64,000 nt of DNA from positions 146,382,001 through 146,446,000 of the forward strand of contig OZ024742.1 of assembly GCA_964016885.1 (NCBI GenBank). The letters are read 5' to 3'. The notes under the pieces are model-generated. The model was not told the DNA's origin. It saw only the letters and a program-made list of their open reading frames with translations, and made no database searches. Made by a program: the position numbers and the translations under genes. Source of the DNA: Eledone cirrhosa. Lineage: Eukaryota. Shown one piece after another: positions 55,127 to 64,000 of the stretch (the first letter of the stretch is position 1; each line of letters opens with the position of its first letter).

Positions 55127-55362
55127 AATAAATGTAATCTGAGTTTTTCGAATATTAATAATAACATTCGATTCGTTTGCAATTATGCAAACAAGCCTCA
55201 TTTTTATAGCCATGACAGTAGAATGAACCCTTCATTCTTGCTCTTGTGTTGGCATGAAGGGTTCATTCAACTGACATGGTTATAAAAATGAGGCTTGTTT
55301 GCATACTTGCAAATGAATAGGGTGTTATTATTAATATTCGAAAAACTCAGATTACATTTATT
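55127..55362. repeat. 109-bp-arm inverted repeat with 18-nt spacer
   Basis: Arms 55127-55235 and 55254-55362, about 90% complementary by eye. Confidence 0.9.
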
Positions 55363-55382
55363 GTATTCAGCCATGTAGAGCG

Positions 55383-55429
<47 letters not shown>

Positions 55430-55617
55430 TATATCTATGTATTATGGTTGTCTTTGCAGATATGGAGTTATATTTGTATGTTCTTCTGTGGACATGCATG
55501 TGCATATATGTGTATATTTGATTAGATATGTGAATATGTGTATTTATTTAAACATGTATATATCTGAGGTTGCAATTTTTGCATTGTAGAAACATCATAA
55601 TTTATATACATAAGCAT

Positions 55618-55727
<110 letters not shown>

Positions 55728-56459
55728 TTATATATATATATATATATAGCTATCAATTCTATGTCTATGTTTCTCTACTTAATTTTTAATTTATATTCTG
55801 TCACAATATTCGTTCTGTTAGATTTATGTTAGTCTGTTTCAAATTTTTCTAACCTCTAGGTTTTTTCTCATACTGTTTAGTTGTTTTCATATTCGCCCAT
55901 CACACTGTAAAGAGTTAGTACTTTTACTACGATAAAATGCTCCCACTATCCTCTGTAAAGTGGTAATGCTGATACCATGATAAAATGTTCCCTGTACACT
56001 CTGTGGAGTGGTAGTGCTAATATCACACTAAAATGCACCCAGTATAGTTTGTAAAGTGATAGTGCTTATGTCACAATAAAATACACCTAAATGGTAGTGC
56101 TGGAGTCATGATAAAATGCACCCAGTACACTCTGTATAGAGGTTCACATTTGGAAGGTTTTCCAGCCATAGAAGCTATGTTAAAATATGGAATGTATGAG
56201 GAAGATGTTGTTCTTCAACTCATCATGTCTCAGATTCTGGAAATGTGCTGTTATAAAAAAAAGCACACTTTACTTGTTTGAGCTGTACCGCACACAAATC
56301 CACACCATGACTGCTCTTACCCCACCAGTTGTCATGAAAAGCTCTCATCTCAACAGAATAAATTTCACCATTTAGAGTTTTACCACACACAAACCCATAC
56401 ACACCATGACTGCTCCTACTCTAGCAGTTTTTCCAAACAGCTATTATTTCAACAAAACA

Positions 56460-57240
56460 CACTTCATAGAACAACTATGGACAATAGCCATACAGAGCAA
56501 CTGTTTAGAATAGCTATGTAGAACAGCTATGTATAATAACTACGTATAACAGCCATTCAGAAGAACTATATAGAACAGCTATGCAGAATAGCTGTGCAGA
56601 ACTGCTTTGTAGAACAGCTCCACAGGACAACTATATAGACCAGTTATATAAAACAGCTATATAGAACAGCTAGCTATACAGAACAGCTATATAGTACAGC
56701 TATATAAAACAGCAAGACAGAACAGCTTAAGGAACAGCTATACAGAACAGCTTAAAGAACAGCTATATTCAACAGTTATATAAAATAACTATATAGAACA
56801 GCTGTGCAAAACAGCTGTATAGAACAGCTCTACAGAACAGCTTACATAGCAGTTATACAGAACAGCTCTGCAGAGTAACTATGTTAAGTAGTATACAGAC
56901 TGTGGTCATATTACAATAAAGTCATGCACATTAAGACAATGTAGTGTACAGATAACTGCTTGGTCCTGTCAAGGACTTGACAACCTCTCTATTGTTGGTG
57001 CTAAGATAAAATACACCCTGTAAATATATAGAGTAACTATGCAGAGTAACTAGGCAGAACAAATGTGCAGAGATCTATGCAGACCAACTTGATTGAACAG
57101 CTACGTAGAACAGCTACAGATAATAACTATGCAGAGAAACTATGCAGAATCGTTATGCAGTGCAACAATGCAGAAAAACTATGCTAAACAGCTGTGCAAA
57201 ACAGCTGGGCAGAGTAGCTATGCAGTGCAATGTAGAGAAA
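56460..57240. repeat. Degenerate ~14-bp minisatellite
   Basis: agaacagctatat units, interrupted at ~56890-57025. Confidence 0.8.
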
Positions 57241-58271
57241 TAATTGTAGCTCAATCTATCAATCATGATAGCTTCACTAACATAGATTTTAGTGACATTG
57301 CTTCACTTTTTAGACCAACAAATTAACTGGTCATGTTACAAAAAATCACATAACTGAGACAATGTAGGGTAGAGAGAACCCTTTGGTCCTATCATGGACT
57401 TGATAACCTCTCTAGTGTTTGTACTTTGATGAAATACACCCAATACATTCTGTAAAGGGATTGTGCTGGTGTTGCAATTAAATGCACTCAGTACACTCTA
57501 TAAAGTAGTAGTGATTGTGCAATGTTAAAATACACACAGGATATCTGAAATGTGTTTGGCATTAGGAGGAGCATGGAGTCATAGAAATCAAAACAAATAT
57601 GGAATGTATGAGCAAGAAATGGTTCTGCAACTAGATTAGTCTAAGACCATGATGACCTATCCAATCTATGCCACCATGAAAAAAGGAAATAAAATGATAT
57701 TGTTGTTGATGATGATGATGATAATGATGACAGCAAATGATAGCGATGTAGTTCACTTATTGTTCAAGATACCACAGCCTTTCCTGAGCTATACAACTTA
57801 CATTTAGCCACAAATATAACAGCATAACCACAGCTTGTTTTGAGTTACACACCTCTTATTTGGCCCTGTCATTATAGTCTGAACATAGCTTACACCTATC
57901 TTTCATTTCTCTGAACAGACGAAACCAACTATAAATGGAACACTCCATTCAGATAATCTTAATGAACTCACATGCTTAGCAGAATGAATACCTAAAACAT
58001 TAAGTAATTCATTTCTACCAGCTACTAGCAAAATCATCTACTCAAGCTAATTCATATCCAGAATTAAAATCTTGATCTTATCAGTTTTTACATATTAAAA
58101 CCTGTTATATATTGTTTCTGATTGAAATCTGTAGTCACAATCTTTCCTACTAACACTTGCTGCTGTTTTACATTAGTTTTGTACTGATATTTTATATAAC
58201 TTTCAATAATAATTTCCCTCTATTTAGACTAGACAGATCTGTGCAACAGCTGGAAAAAATGTTAAAGATAA

Positions 58272-58387
<116 letters not shown>

Positions 58388-58545
58388 TTATATATATAAA
58401 ATACAATATGTTGAAAAGGTAACACACCAGAGAGAGATATACAGTGCGCTATCAATAAAACAGGGAAAAAACCACCAGTGTATGGAATCTATAACCTATG
58501 AAAGGCAGACTATAGACACGATAATTAAAAATATAAATTAAAACG

Positions 58546-58624
<79 letters not shown>

Positions 58625-59034
58625 TATATATATATACATATATATTTTAATTCCTGTACAACCACTCCCGTTATCTACATATTAGGAGACCATCTAGATT
58701 ATATGTACTATAATGATATATGTTCCAGAGGGGGAAAATATAATTATAATGGAGAAATATACCACAGAGATATACCATGAAGATATGTGATTAAAAGTAT
58801 GGATATTATAATGAAACACCACATGAAATGAGATATACCATAATTAAGAAATTGATTATACAGATAGAAAGATTGAATTCTGTTTTAGTAAAATAAATGT
58901 TTTAAATATCAATAAGTTATGTTATATGAAATATAATTATGTCTCACATCCATAATGTTACTGGGAATTTTTTTATATGCTGATTGGATAAAGAGAAACT
59001 CTTAGTAATAATAATATATACACATTAAGTGTTT

Positions 59035-59630
59035 AAATCTTTTGATACTATTTGGTTCTGTGACACCAACCGACATAAGACTAACCCCCACTAGTTCTAT
59101 GATACCAACCCACATAAGACCACCACCACTGTTATAATAATTCCCCTAAGACCCTCACCTCTAGTTCTTTGATACCAATTCTTCTATGGTCAGCAACATT
59201 AGTTCTATGATTATAACACACCTAAGACCACCACCAATTCCTCAAAGACCACCACCTCTAGTTCTATGATACCAACCTACATAAGACCACCAACACTATT
59301 ATAACAATCCACCTAAGACACTCACCTCTAGTTCTTTGATACCAATTATTCTATGATACGAACAATCCTAATACCACAACCATTAGTTCTATGATACCAA
59401 TCAACCTAAGACCCACACCTCTAGTTTAATACCAACCTACTTGAGATCCCCCTTCTGGTTCTATTATACAAAACTTCTCATGTTCAAGTGTTTATATTTA
59501 TCTAAAAAAAGAACTTCCATCATAATCTTATGCAAGAAACTTTTGTTGCTTCAAACACAGCTTAATATTAAGAAAGTTATTTACATTAATAAATCTCTCA
59601 AAATTCTTAATTATTTAAAAAATTAATTAA
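59035..59630 (+). mobile_element. MITE-like repeat with internally amplified ~40-bp subunits
   Basis: Repeated gataccaacc..taagaccacc..tagttctat, then the body shared with 320-580, 20400-20775, 62810-63180 and 63770-63980. Confidence 0.6.
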
Positions 59631-59773
59631 AGAATAAAACTCTTTAAAGAGCTTTATTGTATTTCTTCCAGCTTTCTGGTATAAAAAAAAAACTATAGCC
59701 ATGGAAACATTTGGCATCCTGGGGCCATGAACTACTTTCCTAATTTGTTTGACCAAAATAGAGATGACTAGCC

Positions 59774-59900
59774 CTAGGGATGAACCACCAAGATAGAATT
59801 GATCTTTTGATATTGCTCCCTCTCCATTCTTTGAAGTATCACATTCACCATTTTGTCTGCTGAGGCTATATTTTCATGGTCCACTGTGATAAATTCATAT
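59774..59900 (-). CDS. Candidate terminal coding exon of an unknown gene
   Basis: AG acceptor at 59901-59902; open frame YEFITVDHENIASADKMVNVILQRMEREQYQKINSILVVHP*; non-repetitive sequence. Confidence 0.4.
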
Positions 59901-60699
59901 CTATCTGTGTTATATGAATAGAAAAAATGATTATGCAGCTTGGTGTTTAGGGTGTTCAGCTCACAGTCATGAGGTCATGAATTTGATTTTCAGACCAGGC
60001 AGAATGTTGTGCCCTTAAGCTAAGCATTTTATTTCCTGTTACTCTGGTCCACTCAGCTGGCAAAAATGAGTTGTACCTGTAATTCAAGTGACAAGCTTTG
60101 TCACACATTGTGTTATGCTAAATTTCCCTTAGAACTACATTAAGGGAGCAGGTGTCTGTGGAATACTCAGCCACTTACACATTAATTTCATGAGCAGGGA
60201 GTTCTGTTAATTGAATCAGCCGGAGCATTCATAATCAGAAATGATAAATGTCCAACAATAACATCTCTTTACAGCATATGCTGTATCATCTGTCTGACTG
60301 CTTTCTTCAATACTATTTACTTTGAAAATGACTGAAATGTTCGAAAATTAGATTTAAAAGTGAATAAAACTATGTTTTTAAATCAAACAGATTATTTAAA
60401 GGCTTCCAAGTTTGTCTAAAAAAATTATATTTTTATATACAGAAACATTAAAAAAATGTTATAATATTGTGTGATAAAATAAGACCATTATAAATGGAGA
60501 CTGTGCAGTAATGTTGTAATATTGTGATAAAATATAACACCAGTATTATATTGTATAAGGTGAGGAAGTATGTTGGTGAAAAACAAACAATAAATATCTG
60601 TAAAATTATGCAACACATATATCAGATTTGTCAAATATATCAAAGAAGATGTCTTTCTGGTTCAATATATTCATAGAAGAAAGAATAGAAACTGTTTGT

Positions 60700-60761
60700 T
60701 CACCATGAAAACTCTGCTTTTATTGCTTCACTTTCCATTTTCTTCTTCAGAGCATCAATAA
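60700..60761 (-). CDS. Candidate exon (IDALKKKMESEAIKAEFSW*)
   Basis: ttttaatag acceptor; protein-like frame; phase 1. Confidence 0.3.
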
Positions 60762-60886
60762 CTATTAAAACATTTACAACATAAACCACAGAAAACATAT
60801 TTACAGACTTTTTCATACACAAGAGATACATACATACATACATGTGTATGTATGAGCATATGTATGCATCTATGTATGTGAGTATG

Positions 60887-60943
<57 letters not shown>

Positions 60944-61321
60944 TCTAACCTATGCAAGTGTGGAAAATAGACATAAAATGGTGATGATAATGATGAAACA
61001 CATACAATGACGTCTGTGAAGAATTGGACAATCAGAGACCAAAATAAAGACAATATTTTATTAGGTTACAAGTTTATTACATGATTCCTCAATCAGAAAG
61101 AATGAGTTATCTTAGTAAACAGCCATTATAATTTTTTTTTTTTTATCCCTTTTCTTACATTGGTTATAAAGTCAAAGATCTTCTGTAAAAATGTGAAGAT
61201 TAATGTGTTTTATTCTCCAGCAGAATTCTGAAAATTACAGATCTATGTAGAAGATATATCCAAATATAACTATTGGTATGCATGCATTAGCATTATACAG
61301 CTGCAAATATGTTGCACGTAC

Positions 61322-61396
61322 CTGTTGCTGTTGTTGCTGTATCTTACCAACCAGCTGTTTCCATCATCTGGGGCAATGAAGCTGTTTTTAAAGTAT
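61322..61396 (-). CDS. Candidate 75-nt internal exon (YFKNSFIAPDDGNSWLVRYSNNSN)
   Basis: ttcttatatag acceptor and CAG|GTACGT donor; phase 2-2, compatible with 59774-59900. Confidence 0.35.
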
Positions 61397-61915
61397 CTAT
61401 ATAAGAACAATTCAAAAAAATAAAAATAATAATTCCCTGTTCCATTCAGGATGTAGGAGAAAATCATTTCATGTGATTCTATATTCAGTTTGGCAATAAA
61501 TCAAACTTGTTCTCTTAATGCCCTCCTTTTAAGCTAGAAGAAAAATATAAATAAATAAAAATATATAAAAATAAATAAATAAAAATAAATAAATAATCAA
61601 ATCTCAAAAGCAGTTATGGCTATATGGTTAAAAAGTTTCCTCTGCAATCTCATGGTTCCATGATCAGGCCCACTGCAAGGCATCTTGGGTAAAGGTATTT
61701 TTCTATAGCCTCACCAATGCTTTGTGAATAGAATTTGGTAAATAGAACTTCAGAAGCCTGTGTTGTGTGTGTGTCTGTGTATTGTGCGTGTGTGTGTGTG
61801 TATGTGTGTGTGCGTGTGTGTGTGTGCTCATGTCTATGTTAACATGCCTGTGTCTGTGTCTTTGTGAGTGTGTGTTCATGTCTATATTAACATTTATGCC
61901 TGTGTCTGTCTTTAA

Positions 61916-62137
61916 CCCTTTAGCATTTACATTACTCTATGTATACTATTGTATTTTTTGGTGGTAAAGGTTTTATCTCACATAATTATCTCTTATAATA
62001 TTGAATCTATGAGATTTTGATGTTATTTATTTTGAGACCAATACCTTAACATGAGTATGAGCGGCCAGTTACAGTTGGTTTAACAGAAATCGGTGATATA
62101 ATTCTGGCCGGATAAGGCTGGTTTAAATGCTGAAGGG
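61916..62137. mobile_element. piggyBac-type MITE
   Basis: TTAA-ccctttagcattt ... aaatgctgaaggg-TTAA. Confidence 0.8.
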
Positions 62138-62325
62138 TTAAATCCTGTCATTTAGCAGTTCCACAAAAAAAAAAAAAATTGATAAAATAAATACCAAACT
62201 AAAAAATAAGTTCTGAGATCAATATGACTGATTAAACTAAGGTGGTACCTTAGCATGGCTGCAGTCTAATGAGGAAAACCAGTAAAAGAAAAATCTAAAA
62301 AAAAATTTAAAAAACCCACTCCCAC

Positions 62326-62483
62326 CCTTTCCAAAATGAAAAATTGACAAGAATGAAATCATTCCTCTGTCTTGCATGGCTAGTTTGGCTCCAACCCAAT
62401 CCAGTTCAGCCATAATTCTGTGTTTAATGCACTTAGCTGACCTAATCTGGCAGGAAACATTATCTTTGCAGGAAACATTGATT
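62326..62483 (-). CDS. Candidate 158-nt internal exon
   Basis: Strong polypyrimidine acceptor tttgttttccttttcag and AAGG|GTGGGA donor; single open frame INVSCKDNVSCQIRSAKCIKHRIMAELDWVGAKLAMQDRGMISFLSIFHFGK. Confidence 0.4.
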
Positions 62484-62840
62484 CTGAAAAGGAAAACAAA
62501 GAAAAAATAATTCATTTTTCCAATCCCAAGTATGAAATTAATTGTATCAATGTTACACACCACTTCTTATTATTACTGTTGTTGATGATGATGATACTAT
62601 TGTTGTTGATACTGTTGTTGTTGTTGTTGTTGGTGATACTATTGTTGTTGATACTGTTGTTGTTGTCGTTGATATTATTGTTGTAGATACTGTTGTTATT
62701 TCTGTCATTACTGTTGTTCCTGTTACTATGTTTGTTGTGACTGCTGTTGTTCTAGTTGTTACTGCTGTTGTGTTATATCAGATATAAGGAAGTATGCCTT
62801 TATTTATTCAAAAACTTTCCACCATTATTTTATGTGAGAA

Positions 62841-63024
62841 GGTGGTGGATTGGCAGTATCGGTAGAGGGTCGGACGCCATGCTTTCCAGCATAGTTATGT
62901 CCCTTTATGATCTGAGTTCAAATCCCGCCGAGGTTGACTTTGCCTTTCATCCTTACGGGGTCGATAAAATAAAGTACCAGTAATGTACTGGGTAATTGCT
63001 GGCCTTGTGCCTAAAGTAGAAACA
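62841..63024 (+). mobile_element. SINE family A with 17-bp TSD
   Basis: TSD attattttatgtgagaa at 62824-62840 and 63025-63041. Confidence 0.9.
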
Positions 63025-63284
63025 ATTATTTTATGTGAGAATTTTTGTTAAGATATGTTCCAAACACCAGCTTAATAATGAGAAAATTAGTTATTTTACT
63101 AAACCATTGAACATTCTTGACAATTTTCAAAATTATTTGAAAATCATAGGCAGTGTCTTTTATTAGTCGTAGGGTAATGAAATTTAAACGAACTTACTTA
63201 CCAAGGAATTTATCTACACCCCATCCCCTCACATACACCCCTAGATCCACCTCCCCAATCCCCCCCCCCCCACAAGTTCCCAGC

Positions 63285-63720
63285 TCATACTGTAAAGTAG
63301 TTGTGATGGCGACACAGCACCTAGCCCACACTGTAAAGTGGTAGTGTAAGTGTCATGACAGAAAGCTCCTAGCCTACACGGTAAAGTGGTCATGTAGATG
63401 TCATAACAAAAAACACCCAGCCCACACTATAAAGTAGTCATGTCGGTGTCACAATAAAAGGAACTCATCCCACACTGTAAAGTGACTGTGTAGGTGTCAT
63501 GACATAAGCGCCCAGCCTACACTGTAAAAGTGGTCATATAGGTGTCACTACAAAAAGCACCCAGCACTCACTGTAAATGTGGTTGGTGTTAGGAAGGGCA
63601 TCCAGCCATAGAAACGAAGCCCAAACCAGTCCTGTATAAGCAAGTCATGGTCATCACAATGGGGTAACCTATCTAACCCATGCTAGCATGGAAAATGGAC
63701 GTTAAAGGATGATGATGATG
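63285..63720 (+). mobile_element. RTE-tail SINE or 3' UTR with ~7 internal ~45-bp repeats
   Basis: Repeated cccacactgtaaagtgg...gtcatgac units, then ttaggaagggcatccagcc...aacccatgctagcatggaaaatggacgttaa(GAT)n. Confidence 0.7.
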
Positions 63721-64000
63721 TACCTTGCCGAAGAAGGACTGTATATCATGTAGGAATTTTGTTGTATTTTTAATACCAAACCACATAAACTGCCCCTGGC
63801 TCTATGATATAAAAACTGGTTATTTTAAAGTGCTTATATTTATATCTAAAAACCTTCCATCATAATTGTATGTTAAGTAGCATTCCAAACACAAACTTAG
63901 TAATGAGAAAATCAGTTAAATCTTTTCATATTATTGATAATTTTCTATCTAAATTATGTGAAAATCATAAGCAGAAACATAAATAAGTGCACCTCAGAGA

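Noticed and set aside
59774-61396. Loose resemblance of the candidate exons to a STING C-terminus
   Set aside because: Only a few residues match by eye and key motifs (EYATP) are absent; not supportable without a profile search

Overview
This is AT-rich eukaryotic intergenic or intronic DNA, made almost entirely of repeats. The SINE families, RTE LINEs and very dense (TA)n look like an octopus or other cephalopod genome (inference). Most ORF-track calls are microsatellite artefacts. Recognisable elements: a Penelope-like element (PLE; RT C-terminus plus GIY-YIG) with an inverted terminal repeat (44.7-47.7 kb), RTE, CR1/L2-like and R4/Dong LINE fragments, a Gypsy pol remnant, hAT/piggyBac/mariner-type MITEs, two tRNA-derived SINE families, several satellites, and a few possible minus-strand exons at 59.8-62.5 kb. 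The main unexpected signal is a set of type I hammerhead ribozymes (HHRs), found by eye, in at least five unrelated sequence contexts (25.8/26.2, 29.6, 44.5, 44.8 and 54.4 kb, plus decayed ones). Two lie in non-coding 335-bp and 422-bp monomers arranged as a partial tandem plus an inverted copy, which is retrozyme-like. The PLE's own HHR has a compensatory U3:A8 core and long stems. A second signal is apparent C|ATTAT target-site specificity of the young SINE. All folds were done by hand and ribozyme activity is untested.
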